Below, in pieces: positions 26,586-40,240 of a stretch of DNA of 64,000 nucleotides; position 1 is the stretch's first letter, and every line of letters starts with the position of its first letter. Origin of the DNA: Octopus vulgaris (taxonomy: Eukaryota). The translations under genes and the position numbers were made by a program. The stretch covers positions 85,312,001 to 85,376,000 of the forward strand of contig OX597821.1 in NCBI GenBank assembly GCA_951406725.2, given 5' to 3'. Below the pieces are notes generated by a model. It worked only from the letters and a program-made list of their open reading frames with translations, made no database searches and was not told the origin of the DNA.

Positions 26586-27000
26586 AGGCGGCGAGCTGGC
26601 AGAAACGTTAGCACGCCGGGCGAAATGCTTAGCGGTATTTCGTCTGCCGCTACATTCTCAGTTCAAATTCCGCCGAAGTCGACTTTGCTTTTCATCCTTT
26701 CAGGGTCGATTAAATAAGTACCAGTTACACACTGGGGTCGATATAATCGACTTAATCCATGTGTCTGTCCTTGTTTGTCCCCTCTGTGTTTAGCCCCTTG
26801 TGGGTAGTAAAGAAAAAGGTATTTTGACTGCCACTACGTTCTGAGTTCAAATTCTGCCGAGGTTGACTTTGCCTTTTATCCTTTCGGGGTCGATAAATTA
26901 AGTACCAGTTACACACTGGGTCGCTGTAATTGACTTGATCCATGTGTCTGTCTTTGTTTGTCCCCTCTGTGTTTAGCCCCTTGTGGGTAGTAAAGAAATA
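26586..27000 (+). mobile_element. SINE family B with tandem partial duplication (dimer)
   Basis: Full copy at 26586-26815 followed directly by a 5'-truncated second copy. Imperfect shared TSD acaattgtgagagag / acaattgtaagatag. Confidence 0.85.
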
Positions 27001-28479
27001 AGAAACAATTGTAAGATAGTGAAGGCTAGCAGTAAATGAGGTATATTAAATAGTTTTAGATCTCATGCAGTTTTCCATTAGTCAAGCATTGTGAAGAGAG
27101 AGGCAGTAGAGAGATGAAAAGGTTTTGAATAGGCAAGAAAAGCAACAAACTACCCTGTGAGAAAATGGAGGAAAGGTGACATTGATTTCATCAGAATTTG
27201 AGCTCAGAATGTAAAGGGATGTAACTAAATACACAAGGCATTTTGTCTACCTTCTAGCAATTACACCAATTCAGTTCCATGAAAAGTACAGGAGTTGATA
27301 TAGTCAATTAAGAACCTTTGAAAGTAGTGCCCCAGTATGGCCACAGTCCAGTGGTTGAAACCAGTAAAAGTGTGTGCTGTGTCCATCATTCTAACATCCA
27401 CTTTTCCATGGTTGCATGGGTCAGACAGAATTTGAGCTACATTTTCTACAGCTGGATGCCCTTCCTGTCATCAACCCTCACCTGTTTGCAAGCAAGGTAA
27501 TATTTTCACATGTCCAGTCAGGCTTTTGTACTAGAGACAGGAAACAAATGATGTTTGTTTACAACTCATGAATCCTCAAAACATGGATACATACACATAC
27601 ATACACATTGACAGGTTTCATTCAGTTTCCATCTATCAAATTCACTCACAAGGCTTTTGTCTGGCTAGGACTACAGTTGAAGACACTTGCCCAGGGTACT
27701 GTGCAGTAGGACTGAACCCCAAACCAAATGACAATTGGGCAAGTAAGATGTTTTAGTACCTACCAGAGCAGGGGTCAGCCTGCCATCAACATCCATCCAT
27801 TCTAACAGCTTTCTGTATCCTGGTGAGTTTATGGTTCCTATTTCATACCTGGTATATAAGATGACCCCTTTCCCTATTTTGGGAGCGATTTTTATTCGTA
27901 TGGTTAAAAGGACCTCTTATTTGTTAACGTATACTGTAATATATAATGGCTCTGTGGTGAAGAAGTTTGCAACCACATGGTCCCAGCCTCAGTTTCATTT
28001 CACGGCTCCGGGGGCAAGTATCTTCTAATAAAATCTCAGGTTGAGATAATGGAAATTATAATAACATAATGAAATTAGAAACTATTAAAAAAAATATTCA
28101 GGAAGCAAAAACAATCAAAAGCAAAGCATTTGATTTGATGCATGTGTATATATATAGTTGAATAAATAAAAAATATTTGATTGTGTGTATATAAGATAAA
28201 GAAAAATAATACCTTCTGTTAATATATTTGAATTGTATCTTAGGACATTCACAGAAAGTTGTTCACATTCAAACACACATTATGGATGTTAAATGTTGAT
28301 GATGATATCTATAGGAAAAAGTATATGAAACAGATTATACCATTTGTTCCCTATGCACATTTTACTATTGTGGCTATTTGCGTTCTTTGCAGTGGGTGTT
28401 CATAGTGCATTTAGATGCAGATCCACAATGGTTCTTCAGAGGAACATTTTATAGCATGTTGACACTGACCAAATGCATC

Positions 28480-29670
28480 ACTGATGCCAACCACTTAACA
28501 GAGTATGCTGGATGCCTTTTATGTATCAACGGCATGGGTGCATTTATGCAGCACCGGCACAGGTGCCTTTTATGTGGCACTGGCACCTAAAAGGACAATC
28601 TTGTATGTGTGGAAGACAGCGATTTTACTTAGCTTGATGCATCTTCTCAGGCACAGCAAATTTCCACATTTCCTGGTCCCTTGTCATCTCCTAAGTGAGG
28701 CCCAGCATCTGAAGATCCTTTCTCACCACTTCGTCCCATGTCTTGCTGGGCTTATCCCTTCCACAGGTACTCTCCACAATTAGGGCTTGGCACTCCTTTA
28801 TACAGCTGTCCTCATCCGTATGCATTACATGACCAAACCAGCACAGTCTTCTCTCTTGCACACAACATCTGATGCTTTTTATACCCAGTTTTCCTCTTAA
28901 ATCATTTACACTCTGTCGTGCATGCACACTGACATTACCCATCCAGTGGAGCATGCTAGCTTCATTTCTTTCGAGCCTTTGCAAGCCCTCTGTAGTCAAA
29001 GCCCATTTTCATTGCCATGTAACATAGCTGTATGTACACAAGCATCATACAATCTGCCTTTCACTCTGAGGGAGAAGCCCTTAGTTACCAACAAAGGTAG
29101 AAGCTCTCTGAACTTTGCCCAGCCTGTTCTTATCTTAGCAACTACACTTTCAGAACTTCTTCCGACACTGCTAACTTGGTCTTCTACGTAACAGAAGATA
29201 TGAACTGCGTATAAGGATATCCCCCTGAGAATTTGAGGGACCCCATTACTTGTGCATTTTTATGACTTATTGTACCAGCACATTTACCATACACAAAGAC
29301 TATATTCCCTATTAACCTTCTTGTGATACCACTACACCTCTTATGTGTCCGAAGCTTGCACTGGGTACAAAATATGGAATTTCTACCAACACCCTACTTA
29401 CATACTGAGCAGGGCCATCTTCCAGAAGAGACTTATGATTTGTTTGTTTTCCTACTTACTTGGACTTCAGTTTTCACTAAGGCCCTTAGATTCCTGACCT
29501 TGTTTTCACACCTGATATTTCTTCTCTAGATCAGGTAGTGATTCAGCTATGAAAACAAGGTCATCAATGTAGAGGTGTTCCCATGGACGTCTGGTCTTGA
29601 ATTCCCCTGTTAAGGTCTGAAGAACTAAGATAAACAGGAGTGGGGCTGAGAACTGAGCCTTAGTAAGCTC
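28480..29670 (-). mobile_element. RTE-clade LINE fragment (RT domain to 3' UTR), frameshifted
   Basis: Minus-strand ORFs give PLLFILVLQ...PWEHLYIDDLVFIAES (YADD motif) and ...ERRLCWFGHVMH...CGRDKPSKTWDEVVRKDL. Confidence 0.9.
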
Positions 29671-30434
29671 CTGCCTGAATATGTAAATATATATAATATC
29701 ATCAATATCTAATGTCTTCTTTTCCATGCTTACAGAGGTCAGATTGAATTTCTTGAGGTAAATTTTTCTATGGCTGGATGTCTTTCCCATCGCCAATCCA
29801 CATATGTTCCCAAGCAAGGTATTAGTTTTCCATGGGAGATTGGAAATGAACAATATCACTTGTTTGATGGTGATACTCATTTACAATCATCACAAGACAT
29901 CAAGACAAGGCTACAAATGCACACCACACACACAGATGATAGGCTACTTTCGGTTTCCCTTTTCAAATATCTATCTATGATACATGCATGTAGGGGAGGG
30001 AGTTAGGTAGCCTTTATCCATAAGTATTGCTGTTCACTTTTTCTCAACTAATCTTTTCCAAAACTGTTTCAGAATAATGCATGAAGACAAAAGTCTCGAG
30101 TCTGAGGTATCCCTGGGATAAAACAGGGTTCAATAAAAGCAATGATGAAAGATTGATGATTGTAATGGGGCAGTTGTAGAATAACTGTGTTAGTGTGGAG
30201 TACAGAAATATTGTCAGTTTATGACCTCATACTCTCTGTTTCTCTTTAAGACCTGCCATTTTGGAGGTGGCCATATACAATATGTAGAAAAAGAATCGGC
30301 AGAAATTTTGTATAATGTACCTATTACCAATTATATTAATCAATATAAGGGTAGCAAAAAATTCAAGAAAAATTTTCCACCACCAGCAGTCTAGTGAGAA
30401 AGAAAGAATAGTCACAGACTATATAATATACATT

Positions 30435-30662
30435 CAACAATATTAAGGAATGGCCCTGATAGGCCATTCGACTCACTAGAAAGAGCAGCCAAACTCAAAC
30501 CGCTAAATAGTTGTAATTCTGAAACTAAAGGAGAAATAAAAACATTTATCCTTGTTTTTATTTCTCCTTTAGTTTCAGAATTACAACTATTTAGCGGTTT
30601 GAGTTTGGCTGCTCTTTCTAGTGAGTCGAATGGCCTATCAGGGCCATTCCTTAATATTGTTG
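30435..30662. repeat. Perfect long inverted repeat (110-bp arms, 8-nt spacer)
   Basis: 30435-30544 is the exact reverse complement of 30553-30662; spacer tttatcct. Confidence 0.95.
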
Positions 30663-30949
30663 CATTACCAATTATAGATGCACAAGAAGCAAAATGGGAT
30701 CAGAGGCAGGCTGACAGGGAAGTTAGTCTTCATCTTCATAAACAGTAGAAGCACAAGAGTTGTTCACAACAAGAGTACTTGTCAGTTAGTCAACTTGTTA
30801 GATAAAACAACCAAATTGCCCTTAAATCAAACCGTATCATCTTAAAAATAGAACACATGGGACAATCTAACCTAAAGAACTAAAAGGATGGAGGTACCTT
30901 TGGTTATTGGTCTGCTTGAGCAAAGCTGACATGGTGCTACACAACAATA

Positions 30950-31252
30950 TCACCGTGACCAACCAGGCTATCAGATGTTGCTGCACATCGCTGGTCACAA
31001 TGCGCTTTGCATTGTTTTAGCCTTCAAATGATGCCACCCCGCTGGCTAAGCGAGCAGGCCAATAGAAGAAAGAGTGAGAGAAAGTTGTGGCGAAAGAGTA
31101 CAGCAGGGATCGCCACCACCCTCTGCAGGAACCTCGTGGAGCTTTAGGTGTTTTTGCTCAATAAACACTCACAACGCCCGGCCTGGGAATCGAAACCGCG
31201 ATCCTACGACCGCGAGTCCGCTACCCTAACCACTGGGCCATTGTGCCTCCAC
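30950..31252 (-). mobile_element. SINE family C (tRNA-like head ggaggcacaatggcccagtggttagg), tail type 1
   Basis: A-box/B-box-like motifs (tggcccagtgg; ggtttcgattccc). Second copy at 36957-37257. Confidence 0.85.
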
Positions 31253-32034
31253 ACAACAATATATATACTTTAAATATAGCATGACATTTTTCTATTTTCA
31301 TTTTTATGAGTGTCTTTTAAAGAATTAGAACTAAAAGTAACTAATTCTGGTAAATCTGGAATTTTCTCTGACATATATACTCAAGCTCATATGAACTCAA
31401 GTTTATATGATATCTACAGGAATGCTAAGTGGTAGTTATTCAAAGACAATTGATGATGTAACTGGAGTATATTTAAGTGTTTGATATTAAGTTTCTGAAA
31501 CTTAGTCCAGCTAAGTTGTTTCGGCACCATAAAAGGCGTGGTAGTAATTGTTTAAAACAGGATTCATCAGGAAGTGGCTCTGAACTGATCCTGTGTACTA
31601 ACCAACCAATCACCAGTTCAGTTATGAATAATCTCTCTGCTATATGCTCCTATAGATATTACACACACACACACACAAAACAAAAGAAAATACACAACAT
31701 AAGGATCTTTTGATATTTCCTCTTTTTTTTGGTGGTGGTAAAAAGCTAACAGAACACTTCTCAGTTATACAATACTTGAGCTGTTTAGAATAGAACCTGG
31801 TGGATTGGCCAATACAAGAGTTAAGGGCTTGTCAACAAGTTCAGGGCTTGTGACGGGATGTGAACTGACAGCCCTTTAACCATCTAATACACCACAGAAT
31901 TGTGAACAACGATGTTTTGTTCAATTTTCTCTAGAGCTATGACTGGTTTACGTATTTGTTTACTAGATGGATGAGAATAGAGAGAGAGAGAGAGGCGAAG
32001 GAGGAGGAAAGGAAAACAATGAATTGCAGATAAT

Positions 32035-32247
32035 CTTTTCTACTCTAGGCACAAGGCCTGAAATTTTGGGGGAGGGGACCAGTCGATTAGATCAACCCCA
32101 GGGTGCAACTGGTACTTGATTTATCGACCCCGAAAGGATGAAAGGCAAAGTTGACCTCGGCGGAATTTGAACTCAGAACGTAAAGACAGATGAAATACTG
32201 CTAAGCATTTTGCCTGGCGTGCTAACATTTCTGCCAGCTTGCTGCCT
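32035..32247 (-). mobile_element. SINE family B variant
   Basis: Consensus match. Direct repeat atgaattgcagataat at 32019-32034 and 32280-32295. Confidence 0.85.
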
Positions 32248-33065
32248 TAAAAAAGTGTTTAAATAACATTAACGAAAAGATGAATTGCAGATAATGATGA
32301 GGAACTGGATCAATGATGGATGTTAGGAAGAGAAATGAGATGAAATCATGCAGCCATATGCTGAGGATGGATGTGACCGGGTGAAAGGAGTGATGAGAAT
32401 GAATGTGGAAGGAAGTAAAGGAACCGGAAAACTGCGAAAGGTTTGGCTAAAGATAATGAAAAAGGAAATGAAGTGACAGAATATGTGAAGAATAAGGATA
32501 AATTAAGATTACCATGGGGTTCACAAAGCTAAATTTGCTCCAGCTGGGAAAATGCCCTTAAAAATTTTAAATACATTTGTTTGAAAAATGGTGATGATGA
32601 TAATTTATTAGGTCACGCTGTATGGTTCAACGCTTCATTTCTAACCATTGATACATTGATAATCTTTGCTTAAGGCTGTGGATAGTGACAAAAATTCTTA
32701 TCAAGTCCACTGAATGGTTATGAAAGGATTGGTGGAAACAGGAATGTAATATCAAGACTAATTTTCTGTCTGTCTGTCTCTCTCTCTTTCTCATTGTAAT
32801 CTATTCACCATCTGTTAGAATACTTAACCCTTTAGCACTTAATTCAGTCTGTTTTATATTCAAACTGGCCAGATTGGGCCTCTCACAACTACCCGACAAT
32901 GTGATTCTAAAAATAAACAATCACATCATTGAAATCTTTGAAATCACTAAACTATAACATAATGCATAATTAGTTCAAAACAATGTGGATAAATGATCAT
33001 CACATTTGATAGAGTTATCTGAATACTAAAAGTTTAGATATACATTAGTTGTGAGAGTCCACATA

Positions 33066-33472
33066 GGCATAGGAGTGGCTGTGTGATAAGTAGCTTGCTT
33101 ACAAACCACATTGTTCCAGGTTCAGTCCCACTGTGTGGCACCTTCTGCAAGTGTCTTCTACTATAGCCTCGGGCCGACCAAAACCTTGTGAGTGGATTTG
33201 GTAGACGGAAACTGAAAGAAGCCTGCCGAATATATGTATACATATATTTATATATGTATGTGTGTGTCTATGTTTCTCCCCCAACCAACATCACTTGACA
33301 ACCGATGCTGGTGTGTTTACGTCCCCATAACTTAGCGGTTTGGAAAAAGAGGCCGATAGAATAAGTACTAGGCTTAAAAAGAATAAGTCCTGGGGTTGAT
33401 TTGCTCGACTAAAGGTGGTGCTCCAGCATGGCCACAGTCACATGACTGAAACAAGTAAAAGAGTAAAGAGAG
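33066..33472 (+). mobile_element. SINE family A, full length
   Basis: Consensus match with gagtaaa tail. Confidence 0.9.
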
Positions 33473-33783
33473 TATAGTTAAATAACTTGTGTTTAGTTAT
33501 GCTCATTACATTCTAAGTTCAAATCTCAACATACCAGGTTCAAATCCTTGTCAATTATGCTCTACCTCCTCTACAAATTTTCAGCCTCAAGTATTGGTGT
33601 GGGTGCTGGTGCCATGTAAAAAGCACTGGTGATGGTGCCATGTAAAACTCATCCAGTACACTTTGTGGAGTGATTAGTGTTAGAAGAAAAGTGAGAACAG
33701 ACTATGAAACTTGGTGCTGCCACAGGCCTTGCCAGTTTCTGTCAAGCCATCCAACCCATGCCAGCATGGAAAACACACATTAA

Positions 33784-33820
<37 letters not shown>

Positions 33821-34130
33821 CGATGACGTCGACGACGACGGTGCAGGAAAGTATTACATGAAATATAGAATAATTTATGAAATCTTTATTGAAGGCTGCA
33901 AAAATAAGTAAATTCCCGACAAACTTCCTCCATGGTACTGTTTCAATTCTCAACCGTTTCTTATCATTCCAGATCACTCACGTAACTATCATCTTCAAAC
34001 AGGGAAAGTCACATTGGATACTATAGAACTAGATATATTTAGACTTAAAAAAAGATGAGTGGTCATAGCTTGAATACTTCCTGTATCAAATGTCTATTCA
34101 GTCAGGATATTGTAGTTTATGCATCTTTAA

Positions 34131-34352
34131 CCCTTTCGTTACCAAACCCGGTTGAAACTGGCTGTGGCTCTGTAGCACAAATGTCTTGTTTCCAAAAGTT
34201 TTGAATTAAAATCTTCCACCAAACCTTAGTCACAACTTATGTTCCCAACACTAGCTTGATGATGACTAAATTATTTTACTAAATTCTTTCTTATATTTAA
34301 AGTAATTGAAAGAAACACAGAACATCTCAAAATATATATGGTAGCAAAAGGG
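34131..34352. mobile_element. piggyBac-like MITE (family 1)
   Basis: TTAA|ccctttcgttacca...tggtagcaaaaggg|TTAA; a decayed inverted relative lies near 11560-11795. Confidence 0.8.
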
Positions 34353-35546
34353 TTAAAATGATGGAATGGTCATGGTTGGAATGTCCTGACCACAGGTCTG
34401 AAAGAGAATGGGACAATATGATATTCATGCCTTTGATGAGAGCATTATCCAGTATATTCTTCCATTTTTAAGATGGTAGGCTGTGGTATGAGGGAGATTT
34501 GGATGATATTTCTAGCAGACCAAATAACAGCATACAGGCTTGCTAGTTGACTTGTAAACTTATCTGTTAGGTTGGAAGTGGAGTATACTACTGTACTATA
34601 GTGATAGGATGTAAATATTTTAAGCCTTTCAAGAGGCTGAATCAAAGTTATTGTCCTCTGAATTGTGGTTCAGCATCAGGTCATCTTTGATGAAACATGC
34701 TTAGGATCATTTTCTATATTAGGGACTACATTATATTGTGTGCACTTCTTTTTTTCTTTAGAAGAGACTGTGTAATTTAAGGGAAACTTGACTGCTATTT
34801 CTAGCAGTTCAAGTAAAACCTTATAAAAGTTGAGTGGTCTTACAGCTAAAATCTGGTGATGGGTAGACACAAGCATGTGAAGAGATGGAATGGGACATCT
34901 GATGTTGCCACAACAGTTCAAATTCAATGGCAAAGTCTACCAAGACTCAGATTTGATGTTCAGTACCATTAAAATGGTTATTAGCTTCTCCTTTAATACC
35001 CACATTATGACATGAGCTCAGCAATGCAAGCTAACACAAGTTATCTTAATAACACATCTCTTCACCCATTTATATTTTTACCATAAGTCTCCTGTCCACC
35101 CAACTATGATCAGCTTTATTGTTTTCCAGAGTGTGGACATGAAAAATTAAAGTACCAGTCAAGCATTGTGGGTAATGAAATTGACCATGCCCTTCCTTGA
35201 AATTTGTGGCCCGCTACCTAAATGAGAAATCATTAAACACTTTAACTCCTTATCTTTTATCTTTCACAAGGTGCAGGAGTGGCTGTGTGGTAAGTAGCTT
35301 GCTTGCCAACCACATGGTTCCAGGTTCAGTCCCACTGAAAGAAACCCGTCGTATATATGTATATGTATATATATGTGTTTGTGTGTCTGTGTTTGTCCCC
35401 CCAACATTCAGCTGCAGAGATCAAGCTAAAACAGACTATGGAAACTGGTGCAGTCCCTGGGCTTGCCAGTTCCTGTCAAGCTGTCTAACCAACAACATAA
35501 TGGAAAATGGATGTTAAATGTTGCTGTAGATGATGATGATGATGAT

Positions 35547-35781
35547 AAGTCAGAAAACAGCACAGCTCCCATGACTTTCGGAAACATTTTTTCACGCTCA
35601 GGGTTGCTGAAGCGTGGAATAAACTGCCTGCATCAGTTGTTGACTGCCATGACACTGCATCCTTTAAGGCCCTCATGCTTCCCGAAATCCGTCGAAACTA
35701 CACCTGATTATATATACACTTTAGATGAGTTGTAGTGCACCTGAGCACTGTACACAATTATTATTATTATTATTATTATTA
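35547..35781 (+). mobile_element. CR1/L2-type LINE 3' fragment with (ATT)n tail
   Basis: Reverse complement of part of 52785-53100; encodes ...HDFRKHFFTLRVAEAWNKLPASVV. Confidence 0.85.
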
Positions 35782-35898
35782 TATAATGATGACGACGACG
35801 ACGATTTTTTTGAGTCCTCCACATACAATTTTGGAAATTAACAAAACTTATCTCCAGAAGTGAAAAGAAAACAACTGAAAAATCTCTCTAAAATTTAA

Positions 35899-36136
35899 CC
35901 CTTTAGCATTTAAATCCTGCCATATCTGGTCCAAATATTCTACATGTTTTATGTTTAAACCAGCCAAATCTGGCCTCTTGCATCCATGCTATCATTCTTA
36001 AGATAAAATATCATTCTTAAGATTAAAAAAATCAAATTATCAAAATCTTGAAATCAGAGGATAATGCATAATTAATTCAAAACAATGTAATTAAAATAAG
36101 TATTACATTTGACCGAGTGATCTGAATTCTAAAGGG
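35899..36136. mobile_element. piggyBac-like MITE (family 2)
   Basis: TTAA|ccctttagcatt...aattctaaaggg|TTAA. Confidence 0.8.
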
Positions 36137-36870
36137 TTAAATAAACTGAGTTGCTGTTTGACTGGAAGTTGGACAGCTATAGCCTCCCTTCACATTACAG
36201 CCAATCATGGCCTGGCCTACATAACAAAGTACATGAAATTAGTTCATTTCCTCTGTTTTAGATTTCAGATCAATAATTTCAGCAAATCTTTATATTGTGT
36301 ATTGCTGTTCTCAATTTCCCCGGTTCACAGCTTTGTTTTTCTTTGATAACACTTCTTTGTTTAAAATATATCATTTTCAAGGCTTGTAATTGTCATTTTT
36401 GTAAAAAAAAATCAATGTCACCATTGAAATTCGATACTCTATTTGTAGCTAACAAAGAAACCTCCTTTGTTGTTATCTCAACCTGCAAGAGATAGCAACA
36501 AAAATCTCTCTTAAATCATAACCCACCATCTTAAAGGATATATTGGACAATAAAATCTTTGATGATATAAAAAAGATGGGAAGATCACAAGTTTAGGTTT
36601 TGGTGATATATTTCTGACTTGGGGCTAAATGACTACAACAATGGCAACAAGAAAATTATTTGATTCATCAGTAAACATTGGATATCGTCATCATCATCAT
36701 CATCATCATCATCATTTTAACGTCCACTTCCCCATGTTTGCATGGGTCAGATGGAATTCGATTTACATGGTAAGATGTATCAAGCTAAGTAAAATCACTG
36801 TCTTCCACACATACAAGATTGTCCTCTTAGGTGCCAGTGCCACATAAACACTCGAAAGAAACTCAGCCAA

Positions 36871-36919
<49 letters not shown>

Positions 36920-36956
36920 TATATACACATATATATATATATATACATATCACTGT

Positions 36957-37257
36957 CACCATGACTCAACCAGGCTATCAGATGTTGCTACACATCGCTG
37001 GTCACAATGCGCTTCGCATTGTTTTAGCCTTCAAATGGCACCACCCCGCTGGCTAAGCGAGCAGGCCAACAGAAGAAAGAGTGAGAGAAAGTTGCGGCGA
37101 AAGAGTACAGCAGGGATCGCCACCACTCCCTGCCGGAGCCTCAGGGAGCTTAGGTGTTTTCGCTCAATAAACACTCACAATGCCTGGTCTGGGAATCAAA
37201 ACCGCGATCCTATAACCGCTAGTCTACTGCCCTAACCTCTGAACCATTACGCCTCCA
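36957..37257 (-). mobile_element. SINE family C, tail type 1, within a (TA)n tract
   Basis: Homologous to 30950-31252. Confidence 0.85.
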
Positions 37258-37263
37258 TATATA

Positions 37264-37319
<56 letters not shown>

Positions 37320-37328
<9 letters not shown>

Positions 37329-37488
37329 GGAGCTTCTACAGGACTAGAACTGTTTCATTCAAGAGAAATCTTCAGGAAACAGTTCTAGTCCTGTAGAAGC
37401 TCCTTCTATATAATAAATTAATTTTACTCTGCTATGTATTGAGTACCTTATTTACTGTGGTTAACCCCGAATCAACCCGGGACCTACA
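37320..37488. mobile_element. Foldback element in (TA)n, probable Penelope-like pLTR remnant with a partial hammerhead motif
   Basis: 37-bp perfect inverted arms (37320-37356 and 37376-37412). The minus strand across the spacer reads CTGAAGA-tttctcttgaat-GAAAC. Followed by AATAAA and a tail resembling 56365-56401. Confidence 0.6.
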
Positions 37489-39994
37489 TATATATATATA
37501 TATAAGTAAATATATGTTAGAAATGCACACAAGTTGACGTAATGAATATTTTAGAAATAAATGTTAAATATTGTCTCCAATTGATGATTGATATAGATAT
37601 AGATATAAAAGCACCTGTGAATCAAAACCATATCATGGAATTATTGTTTATAGAGCTTACTTTTACTCTTACCAAAGATTACTTTGGTATTGGTGATTGA
37701 GATGGAAGCACATATCTTTCTGACTTGTCATGATAGCCCTATATTTTAGGGGAAGGTGGAAGCTGTGATGTCCATATAGTTCCTGAAAGCAGTTGCAGTC
37801 TAATGACCAAAACAAGTAAACAATAAAATATAAAAATTTTAACAGGATTTTTTATACATTGATATATAACACTGATATTCATAACACTGACCATAACAGC
37901 TGACATCCAGTGCAACAACCAACACCTACTGCAACAATAATCAATATACAACCATAAACTGCACGAAACTTTCCATCTCTCTTTGCAACAAGAATTCCTG
38001 TCCTAGGTGCTAAATTTCTCTTCTTTCTAAAGACATAACTTATTCCACTGTTTGAACTCTTATGGAATTAGATAAAACTAATTATAATGTTACAATTTAT
38101 TTTGTCGTTGAAATTAATTAGCACATTGATGTAATTCCAAAAATAGCTCCAGTTTCTATTTTAAAGCATGCTATGAGCAATCCCTTATGCTTTCTATTCT
38201 CTAGCACCAATCACATATTGGGAGTGTGTGTGTATGTGTGTGAATAAGGATCTTTGGTTCTGTGCAATTGTTTGTGAGAATTGTTAACTTATTTGTTCCA
38301 TTATAGTGGATTAACTTAATGGTGTTTGTAAAGTACTTGGTCTGATCAGTCATGTCAAGACTTGTCTGGACTCTACCTAGTTCTATGCAATTAAAGAACA
38401 CATTTTATTGCCATTTTTTAGCTTCCGGTCTTTTCAGTCCAGGTTCAATGTCAGGATAAGCATATTGATGATGTTATTGATAAATAGGGATGGAATGAGA
38501 GAAATAATTCTTTTAGTAAACTAGACGAAGAAAAATATGTGTAAAACGTGACTGTGTGATGGTAGGGAAACATGGTCAGTAAATGTAGGGGCCTAATTTA
38601 GAAACTATGTGTGATATATAGAGCAGTTATGATGAGGTGTGTGTGTGTTAGATATTAAGTGCTGTATCACAGCAAATATTAGCAGTGAATGCAGAGGTGT
38701 GTATGTGATGTGTTTAATTTGTTTCATGTTGCAGATGGTGAAGTATGGGGTCATGAATGCAGATCAAAAGATGGATGACTTGTACAGTTTGTTAGATTAT
38801 CAAATAAACTAAGAAAAAAATTAAGAGTTGCAGCTGTGACCAGACAACAATGAAATTGGCCAATGTGGGCAAGAGAGAATTCAGTGATATAAACCTATAA
38901 TGTGAATAGAAGGAATGGATGATATACACCGGGTGAAAGTAATGGAACTATAAAAGTATTGAAAGATTTGATGTTGGAAGGGATTCATAGTGGAAGTTAA
39001 TAGACCAAAGATAATTTTGAATTAAGTTATATAGATCAGATTTAAGAACATTGGACCCTCAAAATGAGATGATGCACGTCTTACATTGTAGATGTGTGTT
39101 TTAAGGAGGCATTGGAGGAGGTGAAGAGGAAAAGGTTATAGTGAGACAGATGTAGGTATCTTACTGAAGAGGAAGTACAAAGTTACCTGGCTGGAGAGAG
39201 AAAGATCAGGAATGAAGACAGAAACAGGTGTGCTGCTGCAAAGGAAATACATGGTTGCCCAGCCTGAGGGAAGTGCAGGAGAAGGAGAGAGAGAGAGAGA
39301 GAAACAGACAGACAGGCAGACAGACAGACAGAGAAAGAGAGAGAGAGAGTGGAAGACTGCAGGGGGGAGATGGTGGCAAAATGCCAGGCATGCTCACAAG
39401 GAATGGGAATCGGAGTATGAATGCAATTGTTGAGTAAAAGAAGAGAGATATATAGATAGTGGCAAGTACCAGGGCATACCTTTGAGGTTCAAATGCCATA
39501 ATATAAAGGGAGTGCGATTAAAGAGTGCAAGTAGGTGGTGAAAGACCTGGGTACGTAAAGAGTTAGAGGGACTACTAGATAGCAATGATACAGAGGAGCA
39601 GAGGTGTGAGGACAGGATTGGGGAGTGAGAGCTAGGCCTAGTGAATGAAGGAGGAAATGTGAAAAAGAGAAGAGATGTAAATTGGTTTGTTAGGATAGGG
39701 TGAGGGAAAAGTTTTAATAAAATTAACGTTCCTCTTTCATTGAATAAATAATATAAAATATACATACTTATATGTATATAACTATATACAGTTCATACAT
39801 GGGCAGTTAAACATATGTACATTTGTAATCAGTTACTTAGATAATTAAATGAGCTGTGAGTGTCATTGCAGGAAACACATTGTTAATTATCAGAAGTTAG
39901 TTGCCATAAGATCTGCATAGAAAACATATTCTCTCAAACGTCTTCAGCCATCTTATAACTATTCAAATACAAAATTATTATATGTAGGAAATGT

Positions 39995-40009
39995 TTAATA
40001 ATAATAATG

Positions 40010-40076
<67 letters not shown>

Positions 40077-40096
40077 TAATAATAATAATAGTAGTA

Positions 40097-40136
<40 letters not shown>

Positions 40137-40186
40137 CAATAATAATAGTAATAATAATAATAATAATAATAATGATAACAATAATA

Positions 40187-40240
<54 letters not shown>
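39995..40240 (+). repeat. (AAT)n microsatellite, ~245 bp
   Basis: Direct observation; explains the poly-N, poly-I and poly-L ORFs. Confidence 0.98.

Noticed and set aside
31180-31252. tRNA gene candidates at SINE heads (families A, B and C)
   Set aside because: A/B-box-like motifs are present, but they run directly into SINE bodies and I could not fold convincing cloverleaves.
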